This document shows, in pieces, positions 17,144 through 25,532 of a stretch of DNA of 26,813 nucleotides. The stretch comes from a virus (taxonomy: Duplodnaviria > Heunggongvirae > Uroviricota > Caudoviricetes). Within the stretch, counting starts at the first letter, position 1; each line of letters starts with the position of its first letter. The DNA lies in the IMG/VR virus record IMGVR_UViG_2537561933_000012; one strand, 5' to 3'. The notes beneath the pieces were generated by a model, which ran no database searches, was not told where the DNA came from, and saw only the letters and a list, made by a program, of their open reading frames with translations. The position numbers were made by a program, and so were the translations under genes.

Positions 17144-17420
17144 TCAAACTTCATGCGCTCTCCTGTCGAAATAAACGTACTGATTAATCATGCCCAAGGA
17201 CATTTCGCGTTTTACAGCGATATCACGGCGGGGAACTCCACACTGATGAAGCTTCCGCACTAGCTCAATATCGCTTTGCGGATGTTTTTTTGATTGGTTA
17301 TAACCCCCCCTCTTAACATCCTATTGATACCCAGTTCCTGCGCTTTCGCTCTGACAGCATAACTAGAACGATCAATCAACCCTCCTATGCTTTCGGCCGT
17401 CAACGCGTCTACACAATTGC
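17144..17420 (-). pseudogene. HTH-like small ORF disrupted by a frameshift at a C7/G7 homopolymer (17304-17310)
   Basis: Frame 1 reads LTAESIGGLIDRSSYAVRAKAQELGINRMLRGG, frame 2 continues YNQSKKHPQSDIELVRKLHQCGVPRRDIAVKREMSLGMINQYVYFDRRAHEV. Confidence 0.35.
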
Positions 17421-17876
17421 CTAAGCGCCATGATTTCCCTCATGCACAACCTGTTCACCGAATGTCTCTCGAAAACCATTCTGGTAAAATGCCAGTACAC
17501 GCTGCATAGCTTCGCTCTTCCGGCACTCGCGACAGATTATGTTCTGACGCCTGTCGTAGCGACGTATTTCTCCGTCAGGTAATGACCAGATAAGGTCCGG
17601 ATCAACCGCAGATGGTTTCTTCAGCTTTGCCCTTGAGAGCTTTTTACGGGCATTTTGCCAGTCCTTACGCGCCTGTTCAGACGGGAATAACCCGTAACCA
17701 GAGTTGTATACATCGCCACTGGCAACCAGCTCTCTGGCCAGAACGCTCATCAGATATCTTGTTGCCCCAGTTTTAGTTTCCAGTTGTCGTAACGTCTCGC
17801 GCCCACTCTGGCGTACGAGTTCAACAACCTGCCCTTTAATTTTTTCCCGCTCTTCTTGTGTAAAAACTTTTGCCAC
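17421..17876 (-). CDS. Hypothetical replication-module protein, 151 aa
   Basis: ORF immediately downstream of the replication initiator; basic, Cys pair CRECRK; family not recognised. Confidence 0.45.
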   Translation of the reverse strand: MAKVFTQEEREKIKGQVVELVRQSGRETLRQLETKTGATRYLMSVLARELVASGDVYNSGYGLFPSEQARKDWQNARKKLSRAKLKKPSAVDPDLIWSLPDGEIRRYDRRQNIICRECRKSEAMQRVLAFYQNGFRETFGEQVVHEGNHGA

Positions 17877-17916
17877 AAGCCCTCCTGAAAATTACCTCAT
17901 GACCAGAAATTAACAC

Positions 17917-18993
17917 TTACCCCCTGAAGCCCGGCGGAATTTCGTTATCCGGTTCAGAAATATGATTCACACAACGCTGGTTGTTCGTGCCGCTTACCGG
18001 GAGCAACCAGGGGTTCTCAAAATTCCGGTCCGGTCCAAAAAACGTCGTCGCTCGCTGAACAAATTCCGTTCCCGTTTTCCCGGTAGCCGCCAAGTATCTT
18101 GCGTAACGCCTCACGCCATCCAGCATGGCCTCTGGTGGCACCCCCTCGCGTAATCTGGCCTTCCAGGCACTGAAAGCGGATTTCTTCGGGTTTGCCCCGG
18201 CACGCAACGGGTATTCCCGCCAGACCTGTTCGAACACATCAGGATAATCCACTCGTCCCACAGGCTGCCCGGTGTTTTCCGGGACTACCCGATCGGCTTC
18301 CCGCTGAATGGCGGAATCGGCTTCAGGCTGCTGAAGTTGGTGTGATTGCTCCTGCCTTGCGGTCATCACCTGCTGCACAGCGCCCGAATCGGCTTTCAGC
18401 GCATACGCTGAATCGGCTTCCGGTGTCGTGCCTGCGGGCTGGCCAGGAGTGACGGTCTGAACATCCCCTGCCTGGTTCGTGGCGTTTTTTACGCCATGGA
18501 CCATAGTGTTTTGATCTTCTTGATCTGTATCTTTATCTGTATCTTTATCTGTCGTGACTCGTCGTGACATGTGCGTGACATTTCGTGACTCGCCGTGACA
18601 ATCGCCATTTTGTTCCCGCTTTCTTTCCCTCTCTCGCTGCGCCCTCTTGCGCTCTGCCGGAGATTTTGCGGTTTGCGAAATATTGCCGTTGTCCTCTTTC
18701 AGCACCTGGCGTTTTTCCCATCCAGTGATTAAATCACCATCAAGTACCCGCCCCTGCATCGTCTGCAAAATTGAATCAATTACCTCTTCTGTCACGTCGA
18801 GCGCACTTGCCAAATCTTCTGTCGTGACATCAATGTGACCTCGCGTGACATTTCGTGACGCGCTCACCAGGAGGTGGATATACACTGCCATCACTGTTGC
18901 AATTGGCTGCCCTGACCCCCTGGCAATTGTTCGCCACTTAGGGTCATTTGGCATGTCATGCCATAATCTGAGCCAGGCGTTAGCCATACTCAC
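17917..18993 (-). CDS. Replication initiation protein (lambda O functional analogue, YdaU/DUF1376-like N-terminus) containing the origin iterons
   Basis: N-terminal MANAWLRLWHDMPNDPKWRTIARGSG; two iteron arrays inside the gene; acidic TDKDTDKDTD stretch encoded by one of them. Confidence 0.6.
   Translation of the reverse strand: MSMANAWLRLWHDMPNDPKWRTIARGSGQPIATVMAVYIHLLVSASRNVTRGHIDVTTEDLASALDVTEEVIDSILQTMQGRVLDGDLITGWEKRQVLKEDNGNISQTAKSPAERKRAQRERERKREQNGDCHGESRNVTHMSRRVTTDKDTDKDTDQEDQNTMVHGVKNATNQAGDVQTVTPGQPAGTTPEADSAYALKADSGAVQQVMTARQEQSHQLQQPEADSAIQREADRVVPENTGQPVGRVDYPDVFEQVWREYPLRAGANPKKSAFSAWKARLREGVPPEAMLDGVRRYARYLAATGKTGTEFVQRATTFFGPDRNFENPWLLPVSGTNNQRCVNHISEPDNEIPPGFRG
18515..18600. 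repeat. Origin iterons: five CGTGAC repeats at 10-11 bp spacing preceded by tandem ATCTGTATCTTT repeats
   Basis: CGTGAC at 18553, 18563, 18574, 18584, 18594, read directly from sequence. Confidence 0.7.
18790..18860. repeat. Second iteron cluster (CGTGAC/TGTGAC x4 plus an inverted GTCACG copy)
   Basis: Copies at 18823, 18834, 18843, 18854; GTCACG at 18791. Confidence 0.5.
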
Positions 18994-19058
18994 CTCTTTT
19001 GATACCGAATCTTTTTACTCACAAATTGCCGGAAGTGATCCGGTATGAATATTGCGAG

Positions 19059-19484
19059 TCAATGCACAGCCACAATATTTCCTGCAGGGCCACCACGATT
19101 CATCTGGTTGAAACCAGCGATCGCCACTGCGACAAAATCATCAGCGTCTCTCACCAGTCGTTCCCGCGTCTCCACTAGTTCCCGAAAATACGCTGAGCTA
19201 TGACTGCGCATTCGGGCCACCAGCAGAGGTGGCATTGCTTTTTCGATAGCTGGTAACAACGCCTGAATTTTTTTAACCGCATCAGGGGTGTCTTTCTCCA
19301 CCCAGCGGAAAATTTTCTGAGTATTGCGAGCCAGGGCTTCCGGATGGCTGTCGTCATACAGTTCCGGGAACGTCATTCCCAGCTCGAAATACGCTTTGGT
19401 AATTTTCGCAGCCGGTACTTTTTCGCCGTCCGGATGCGCCCAGGCATTCATCGCCATGCGGATGTGTTCATGCTTGATTTTCAT
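19059..19484 (-). CDS. YdaT-like protein (cII position), 141 aa
   Basis: Size and position after the Cro-like gene as for ydaS-ydaT in Rac (recalled); no sequence comparison made. Confidence 0.45.
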   Translation of the reverse strand: MKIKHEHIRMAMNAWAHPDGEKVPAAKITKAYFELGMTFPELYDDSHPEALARNTQKIFRWVEKDTPDAVKKIQALLPAIEKAMPPLLVARMRSHSSAYFRELVETRERLVRDADDFVAVAIAGFNQMNRGGPAGNIVAVH

Positions 19485-19735
19485 GAATCAACTCCCATCA
19501 GCTTTTTCGTAGTAGTTTTATTCCTGCCAATAGTTAAAATTGCATCGGCAGAAAATAATCCGTTTGATGCAAGAGCGATTTTTTCAGCGTAATTTGTTTC
19601 GCCGGTATATTCTGTGCGAGGCAATTTTCCGTTATCCATCCATTTATAGATTGCTCTTTGGCTGACACCACAAACGTCGGCCACAACAGCAACGCGAACA
19701 GTTTTGATTACATCTTCAAGTGTTTTCTGGTTCAT
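19481..19735 (-). CDS. Cro/DicC-like HTH regulator, 84 aa from the ATG at 19735
   Basis: HTH-like VADVCGVSQRAIYKWMDNG; GAGGGTGAT Shine-Dalgarno before the ATG; divergent from the repressor. Confidence 0.6.
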   Translation of the reverse strand: MNQKTLEDVIKTVRVAVVADVCGVSQRAIYKWMDNGKLPRTEYTGETNYAEKIALASNGLFSADAILTIGRNKTTTKKLMGVDS

Positions 19736-19822
19736 ATCACCCTCACAATGTGAACTTTGAGTACATGCCATAACAGAACTGACAGTACATTCAAGAGCGA
19801 ATATCATTGAACTTATGGTTCA
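19736..19822. promoter_or_regulatory. Divergent promoter/operator region between the Cro-like and repressor genes
   Basis: Related sites TGAACTTTGAGTACA (19751-19765) and TGAACTTATGGTTCA (19808-19822, overlapping the repressor ATG); GTACAT half-sites at 19761 and 19785. Confidence 0.4.
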
Positions 19823-20234
19823 TGAAGATAAAGCGCGTAAAGAGTTCGCCAGTAGGCTTGCGCTAGCCTGTGAAAACGCTGGTTATGAACAACATGGAAG
19901 GCAGGCAGAAATTGCCCGTCGAATGAAATTAACACCAAAAGCGGTTAGCAAATGGTTTAATGGCGAAACAATTCCTCGCCGGGAGAAATTAAGGGAATTA
20001 GCAACACTAATAGGAACAACACCAACCTATCTTTTGGGAGAGGATACAGAAGAAAGTGGACAGGTACGTTTCTATCAGGAGTTAAATCCAAGACAAAAAA
20101 TCATCATTGACCTTCTGGACGAGCTCCCTGACAGTGAGACAGATGAACTTTTAAAAACTCTTGAAGAGAAAAAACAGAAGTACAATGCAATTTACGAAGA
20201 GTTAGCACGAAAGAAAAAACAAAAAGCCTCTTAA
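19815..20234 (+). CDS. dicA: Prophage repressor, DicA-like XRE-family HTH, 139 aa, no peptidase domain
   Basis: HTH AEIARRMKLTPKAVSKWFNGE; followed by the ydfA-ydfB-ydfC-DicF-dicB operon as in Qin. Confidence 0.6.
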   Translation: MVHEDKARKEFASRLALACENAGYEQHGRQAEIARRMKLTPKAVSKWFNGETIPRREKLRELATLIGTTPTYLLGEDTEESGQVRFYQELNPRQKIIIDLLDELPDSETDELLKTLEEKKQKYNAIYEELARKKKQKAS

Positions 20235-20304
20235 ACCAGCATAAATCCGGTAGCGCCTTCCTCCGGGTTTGTGCTTCACTTTATCCCATCTCATTTTTTT
20301 ACAC

Positions 20305-20352
20305 ACAAAATGTACTAAAAGTACTTTACAACAATGAACGCAAAGTACATTA
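20305..20352 (+). promoter_or_regulatory. Candidate left operator/promoter region
   Basis: Palindrome GTACTAAAAGTAC (20312-20324) and AGTACAT (20344-20350), sharing the GTAC(A/T)T half-site with the right operator region. Confidence 0.35.
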
Positions 20353-20531
20353 TATGCCTACCACCCACCCCGCCCCACAGAATGCAGGGCAATACTTCGA
20401 GTTACCAAGCAGTGGTCAGGGGTTAAGTAGCCAGCCCGAGGCGTAAGAACATGACGGCAGGGTTCAACTTTAATAACTATGCAGCAGGTTTTTGTTCCGC
20501 TACCCCGGCGTTAAGGGGAAATGAGGTCAGC

Positions 20532-20687
20532 ATGGATACTATCGATCTTGGCAACAGCGAATCTCTGGTATGTGGCGTGTTCCCCAACCAGGACGGTACG
20601 TTCACCGCGATGACGTATACCAAAAGCAAAACGTTTAAAACCGAAAATGGTGCCCGTCGCTGGCTGGAAAGAAACTCAGGTGAGTGA
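20532..20687 (+). CDS. ydfA: YdfA-like small protein, 51 aa
   Basis: MDTIDLGNSESLVCGVFPNQDGTFTAMTYTKSKTF...; GAGG Shine-Dalgarno; size and position match Qin ydfA (recalled). Confidence 0.55.
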   Translation: MDTIDLGNSESLVCGVFPNQDGTFTAMTYTKSKTFKTENGARRWLERNSGE

Positions 20688-20688
20688 T

Positions 20689-20817
20689 ATGGATTTCGAC
20701 ACAATCATGGAAAAGGCTTACGAAGAATACTTCGAAGGCCTTGCCGAAGGCGAAGAAGCTCTCAGCTTCAGCGAATTTAAACGGGCGCTTTCCAGCTCGG
20801 CAAAATCTAACGGCTGA
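20689..20817 (+). CDS. ydfB: YdfB-like small acidic protein, 42 aa
   Basis: MDFDTIMEKAYEEYFEGLAEGEEALSFSEFKRALSSSAKSNG; not in the ORF track (below cutoff); starts 2 nt after the ydfA stop. Confidence 0.5.
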   Translation: MDFDTIMEKAYEEYFEGLAEGEEALSFSEFKRALSSSAKSNG

Positions 20818-20846
20818 TAAGCGAAACAGCACCGCGAGGAATCAGT

Positions 20847-21065
20847 ATGCAGAAACGAGAACCCGTCATCATCGCGCCAGACTATACCGATGATGAGCTT
20901 TATGAGTGGATGCGCCAGAAAATTAAGGCCGCGCAGGACCTGAAATGGGCCAATGAAGCCAAGGCTAAGCAGGCTGAAAATCTGTCCGCTCTGGAGCAGG
21001 ATATCACCAATTTGGAAAAAGCAGCGGCATTAAGCATTGCCAGAATGATTACATACCCACGTTAA
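20847..21065 (+). CDS. ydfC: YdfC-like protein, 72 aa
   Basis: Size and position match Qin ydfC (recalled). Confidence 0.55.
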   Translation: MQKREPVIIAPDYTDDELYEWMRQKIKAAQDLKWANEAKAKQAENLSALEQDITNLEKAAALSIARMITYPR

Positions 21066-21087
21066 TAGCTAACCAACGAGGCTAATA

Positions 21088-21462
21088 ATGGAATTTAAAG
21101 ATTTACCAATGCAATTCCAGGAAATGGCAGCGAATATAGTTCGTTCCCAACTGGCGACTCTTGACCTGAGTACCGTAGAAAAAGAAACCATCGATACTAT
21201 ATCCGGTAACGTGCGTCGTGCCTTTATCGGTCTGTACGAAGAGAAGCAGCTCTCTGATAACCAGGATTTACATGAAAAATACCTCCTGGAATTAATGGAT
21301 ATCATTGATAAGGGGTTTGGCTTGTTAATGAAAAAGAAAGGGATTCGGATAGAACCCCTTAAGAACCATTTTACTGAGTGCGGCATTAATCCCAGCGATT
21401 TAAACCATCCCGCCACAGATGGGAGTGTTACAGTTAGCCATGAAATTTCGATTAATCATTAA
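21088..21462 (+). CDS. Hypothetical protein, 124 aa, inserted between ydfC and DicF
   Basis: ORF with ACGAGG Shine-Dalgarno; no family recognised. Confidence 0.5.
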   Translation: MEFKDLPMQFQEMAANIVRSQLATLDLSTVEKETIDTISGNVRRAFIGLYEEKQLSDNQDLHEKYLLELMDIIDKGFGLLMKKKGIRIEPLKNHFTECGINPSDLNHPATDGSVTVSHEISINH

Positions 21463-21673
21463 AATCAATTGCACTTTCAATAAGTGATGCCATCTCATTG
21501 CATTTTGTTGAATTCATCTTACGCAATGAGTCACAAATTTCCGCTGGCTTTGATGACGCAGGCAACTTAGCAGCAAGTAGCATAATTGCCGTTTTTATAG
21601 CAGTGAGCTCATCCGCAAGTCCAGCAGGAGAAACATCGTGGTTAAACTGGATATTTACATTTTTACTAGTCAT
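21452..21673 (-). CDS. Hypothetical protein, 73 aa, convergent with and overlapping the 124 aa gene by 11 nt
   Basis: ATG at 21673 preceded by a strong AGGAGG Shine-Dalgarno 5 nt upstream. Confidence 0.5.
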   Translation of the reverse strand: MTSKNVNIQFNHDVSPAGLADELTAIKTAIMLLAAKLPASSKPAEICDSLRKMNSTKCNEMASLIESAIDFND

Positions 21674-22004
21674 TTCACCCTCCTGAGGGTTGGTAATTAA
21701 GGAGTTCTCCACGGGTCAGGTGGAGTGCGTGCGCCGGACACGGGTGAGCATCCGGCACTGGCAGTTTACTGGAAGGATATATCCCTGAAAAGTCAGGACA
21801 TAACGCGAAAGCGCACGGCGAAGTTATTCTGTCTGTACGGTGTCGTTAAATTTAATTCGACCGTGCGCTTCCGGTTGTGGCAATCCGCGAAATGGCGCGG
21901 CGGTAAGTATGGCGGGGTTATTCCTTCCCCGTTGAGGACACCGGGTTGTCAGGTTGACCATACGCTTAAGTGACAACCCCGCTGCAACGCCCTCTGTTAT
22001 CAAT

Positions 22005-22062
22005 TTTCTGGTGGCGTTTAGCGGTATCAGTTTTACTCCGTGACTGCTCTGCCGCCCTTTTT
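22005..22062 (+). ncRNA. dicF: DicF small RNA with intrinsic terminator
   Basis: TTTCTGGTGGCGTTTAGCGGTATCAGTTTTACTCCGTGACTGCTCTGCCGCCCTTTTT, two mismatches to the recalled K-12 DicF; upstream of dicB. Confidence 0.75.
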
Positions 22063-22066
22063 AAAG

Positions 22067-22214
22067 TGAATTTTGTGATGCGGTGAATGCGGCTAAGCGC
22101 ACGCGGAACAGTTAAAACCAAAAACAGTGTTATGGGTGGGTTCTCTGTATCCGGCGTTAATTGTTAACTGGTTAACGTCACCTGGAGGCACTAGGCACCG
22201 CATCACAAAATTCA
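22067..22214. repeat. 19 bp perfect inverted repeat (TGAATTTTGTGATGCGGTG / CACCGCATCACAAAATTCA) enclosing 110 bp between DicF and dicB
   Basis: Read directly; right arm ends 17 nt before the dicB ATG. Confidence 0.65.
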
Positions 22215-22231
22215 TTGTTGAGGACGCGATA

Positions 22232-22420
22232 ATGGAAACGTTATTACCAAACGTTAATACGTCTGAAGGTTGTTTTGAAATTGGTGTCACTATCAGTAAC
22301 CCAGTATTTACTGAAGATGCCATTAACAAGAGAAAACAAGAACGGGAGCTATTAAATAAAATATGCATTGTTTCAATGCTGGCTCGTTTACGTCTGATGC
22401 CAAAAGAATGTGCACAATGA
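22232..22420 (+). CDS. dicB: Cell division inhibitor DicB, 62 aa
   Basis: METLLPNVNTSEGCFEIGVTISNPVFTEDAINKRKQERELLNKICIVSMLARLRLMPKECAQ, near-identical to recalled K-12 DicB; GAGGACG Shine-Dalgarno. Confidence 0.85.
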   Translation: METLLPNVNTSEGCFEIGVTISNPVFTEDAINKRKQERELLNKICIVSMLARLRLMPKECAQ

Positions 22421-22608
22421 ATTCAGCATTTGCGCTTGTTCTGACAGTTTATCTTGTTTCCGGAGAGTCAGTTGATATTGCAGTCAGTGTTCACAGGACA
22501 ATGCAGGAATGTATGACTGCAGCAACCGAACAGAAAATTCCCGGTAACTGTTACCCGGTCGATAAAGTTATTCACCAGGATAATAACGAAATCCCGGCAG
22601 GTCTTTAA
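22417..22608 (+). CDS. ydfD: YdfD-like lysis protein, 63 aa, N-terminal TM
   Basis: MNSAFALVLTVYLVSGESVDIAVSVHRTMQECMTAATEQKIPGNCYPVDKVIHQDNNEIPAGL; overlaps the dicB stop (ATGA). Confidence 0.8.
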   Translation: MNSAFALVLTVYLVSGESVDIAVSVHRTMQECMTAATEQKIPGNCYPVDKVIHQDNNEIPAGL

Positions 22609-22939
22609 AACAGTTCCGTAATAAACATCCGCTTTCATTCTTATATGCCAGCAATGGCAGGGATTTGTTCACCCTTAAATCTGTAATGAGGTAAAACAAA
22701 ATGAGTAAACAGTCTTTATTTGCGCCGCCATTCCGGACGAACAGGCAATAAAGGAAGAAGGTGCCGTCACTGTAGCCACTGCCATTGAAGCCGGTGATGA
22801 ACGTCGCGCCCGCGCAAAATTTCACTGGCAATTCCTGGAGCATTATCCGGCTGCTCAGGACTGCGCTTATAAATTTCTTGTTTGCGAGGATAAACCCGGT
22901 ATATCCCGCCCTGCCCTCGATTCCTGGGATGCTGAATAT

Positions 22940-25174
22940 ATGCAGGAAAACCGCTGGGATGAGGAGTCTGCTTCCTTTGTCCCGGTTGAGACTGAATCAG
23001 ATCCGATGAACGTCACTTTTGACAAGCTGACCCCTGAAGTACAGAACGCTGTCATGGTTAAGTTCGACACATGTGAAAACATCACCGTTGATATGGTGAT
23101 TAGCGCGCAGGAATTGTTGCAGGAAGACATGGCAACATTCGACGGACATATCGTTGAAGCGTTGATGAAAATGCCAGAAGTTAACGCCATGTATCCAGAA
23201 CTTAAGTTGCATGCCATCGGGTGGGTTAAGCATAAATGTAAGCCTGGAGCTAAATGGCCCGAAATTCAGGCAGAGATGCGCATCTGGAAAAAACGTCGCG
23301 AAGGTGAACGCAAGGAAACCGGAAAATACACGTCTGCTGTTGATCTCGCCCGCGCCAGAGTCAACCGACAGCACACTGAAAATTCAACAGGAAAAATCAA
23401 CCCGGTCATTGCTGCCATTCATCGCGAATACAAGCAGACATGGAAAACACTGGATGACGAACTGGCCTACGCTCTCTGGCCTGGTGATGTGGATGCCGGA
23501 AACATTGACGGCAGCATCCATCGCTGGGCAAAAAATGAAGTTATCGACAACGACCGCGAAGACTGGAAGCGTATCTCGGCATCGATGCGCAAACAGCCTG
23601 ATGCCCTTCGCTACGACCGCCAGACTATTTTTGGCCTTGTCCGTGAACGTCCGATCGACATTCACAAAGATCCTGTGGCACTGAACAAATACATTACTGA
23701 ATACCTGACTACAAAGGGCGTGTTTGAAGATGAAGGAACAAATCAGAGCGCAACTGATACTCTCTCGTCGCCAGTACCAGAAACTGATGCAGTGGAAACG
23801 GCAATTCCAGACAACGAAAAAACCGAATGCAAAGTGGAAGTCGAACCATCTGTAGAACGTGAGGGGCCGTTCTACTTCCTCTTCACCGACAAGGATGGCG
23901 AAAAATACGGTCGCGCAAATAAACTTTCTGGTCTGGATAAGGCGCTGTCTGCTGGGGCTACTGAAATCACGAAAGAAGAATATTTCGCCCGCAAAAACGG
24001 TACATACTCAGGTTCACAACAAAATACTGGTGCATCTGACACGACCGCACAACCAGGGTCAGTAAAAGTTACCGCTGACGAAGTAAACAAAATTATGCAG
24101 GCAGCCAATATCAGCCAGCCTGACGCCGATGAACTGCTTGCAGTATCACGTGGTGAATTTGTTGAAGGGATTAGCGACCCGAATGATCCGAAATGGATTA
24201 AGGGGATCCAGACCCGCGATTCTGTGAACCAGAACCAGCAAGAAACGGAACAGAACGACCAGAAAGCGGAACAAAACAGCCCAAATACGCAACAAAACGA
24301 GCCAGAAACGAAACAACCTGAACCAGTAGTGCAACAGGAACCGGAAAAGATCTGCACCGCCTGCGGTCAGAGCGGTGGCGGCAACTGCCCTGATTGTGGT
24401 GCGGTGATGGGTGACGCAACATACCAGGAAATATTCGATGGAGAGAATCAGCCTGAAGTTCAGGAAAATGATCCGGAGGAAATGGAAGGCACTGCGCATC
24501 AGCACAAGGAGAACACTGGCGGCAATCAGCATCATGCCAGCGATAGTGAAACTGGCGAGGCGTCAGATCCCTTAATTAAGGCAAACGGTCATCATAATCT
24601 CACATCCACCAGCAGAGCGGGGATTCATCTGATGATCGACCTTGAAACCATGGGAAAAAATCCCGATGCCCCGATTATCTCAATAGGTGCAATATTTTTC
24701 GATCCGCAAACCGGAGATATGGGACCGGAATTTAGTAAGACTATCGATCTGGAAACTGCTGGCGGAGTCATTGATCGGGACACCATTAAATGGTGGCTTA
24801 AACAATCACGCGAAGCGCAATCTGCCATTATGACCGATGAAATCCCGTTAGATGATGCACTGTTACAATTGCGGGAATTTATCGACGAAAACTCCGGTGA
24901 ATTTTTTGTTCATGTCTGGGGAAATGGAGCCAACTTCGACAACACGATTTTGCGCCGTTCATACGAACGGCAGGGGATCCCCTGCCCGTGGCGTTACTAC
25001 AACGATCGCGATGTACGCACAATCGTTGAGCTGGGGAAAGCCATAGACTTCGATGCCAGAACGGCTATTCCATTCGAAGGTGAGCGCCATAATGCACTTG
25101 ATGACGCCCGTTACCAGGCAAAATACGTTTCAGCTATCTGGCAAAAACTGATCCCGAGTCAGGCTGATTCTTAA
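22940..25174 (+). CDS. Large recombination-module protein with C-terminal DEDDh 3'-5' exonuclease domain, 744 aa from ATG 22940 (possibly longer)
   Basis: C-terminal MIDLETMG (Exo I), FDNTILRR, HNALDDA (Exo III) motifs; CTACGQSGGGNCPDCG zinc-ribbon-like; Q/E-rich linker; frame open upstream to 22709. Confidence 0.7.
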   Translation: MQENRWDEESASFVPVETESDPMNVTFDKLTPEVQNAVMVKFDTCENITVDMVISAQELLQEDMATFDGHIVEALMKMPEVNAMYPELKLHAIGWVKHKCKPGAKWPEIQAEMRIWKKRREGERKETGKYTSAVDLARARVNRQHTENSTGKINPVIAAIHREYKQTWKTLDDELAYALWPGDVDAGNIDGSIHRWAKNEVIDNDREDWKRISASMRKQPDALRYDRQTIFGLVRERPIDIHKDPVALNKYITEYLTTKGVFEDEGTNQSATDTLSSPVPETDAVETAIPDNEKTECKVEVEPSVEREGPFYFLFTDKDGEKYGRANKLSGLDKALSAGATEITKEEYFARKNGTYSGSQQNTGASDTTAQPGSVKVTADEVNKIMQAANISQPDADELLAVSRGEFVEGISDPNDPKWIKGIQTRDSVNQNQQETEQNDQKAEQNSPNTQQNEPETKQPEPVVQQEPEKICTACGQSGGGNCPDCGAVMGDATYQEIFDGENQPEVQENDPEEMEGTAHQHKENTGGNQHHASDSETGEASDPLIKANGHHNLTSTSRAGIHLMIDLETMGKNPDAPIISIGAIFFDPQTGDMGPEFSKTIDLETAGGVIDRDTIKWWLKQSREAQSAIMTDEIPLDDALLQLREFIDENSGEFFVHVWGNGANFDNTILRRSYERQGIPCPWRYYNDRDVRTIVELGKAIDFDARTAIPFEGERHNALDDARYQAKYVSAIWQKLIPSQADS

Positions 25175-25246
25175 TGTTCAACTGTCGCCGGTTGTGACTG
25201 GTATTCTGCAACCGGCGCTCGTCTGATGTAAGAGATAAAGAAATCG

Positions 25247-25498
25247 ATGAGCGAAGTAATCATGATTGTCTCTCCCGGCAAATGGGTATCCGAAGAGCAG
25301 TTAATTGCGCTGAAAGGAATAAAAAAAGGTACGTTAAAAAAGGCCCGGGAAAAATCGTTTATGGAAGGAAGGGAATATAAGCATGTCGCTCATGACGGTA
25401 TGCCATGGGATAACAGTCCATGCTTTTACAACCTGGAAGAAATTGATCGCTGGATTGAGCGCCAGGCATCAGCAAGACCAAGACGTCATCTTACTTGA
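25247..25498 (+). CDS. xis: Excisionase-like DNA-binding protein, 83 aa
   Basis: Small basic ORF immediately upstream of the integrase. Confidence 0.55.
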   Translation: MSEVIMIVSPGKWVSEEQLIALKGIKKGTLKKAREKSFMEGREYKHVAHDGMPWDNSPCFYNLEEIDRWIERQASARPRRHLT

Positions 25499-25532
25499 CT
25501 AAAAGCCACACTAACTAATGAGAGAAGTTGAA

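Noticed and set aside
18517-18600. Tandem short repeats considered as a possible CRISPR array
   Set aside because: Repeats are 6-12 bp at 10-11 bp periodicity inside a replication gene, with no spacer structure; these are origin iterons.
21725-21973. Plus-strand ORF of 82 aa upstream of DicF
   Set aside because: Falls in the GC-rich, hairpin-rich DicF precursor region; no ribosome binding site; more likely non-coding.
23211-24535. ORFs 23211..23684 (+), 23872..24357 (-), 24146..24535 (-) and others
   Set aside because: Alternative-frame or antisense ORFs within the 744 aa exonuclease-domain gene; the Q/E-rich linker generates spurious open frames.
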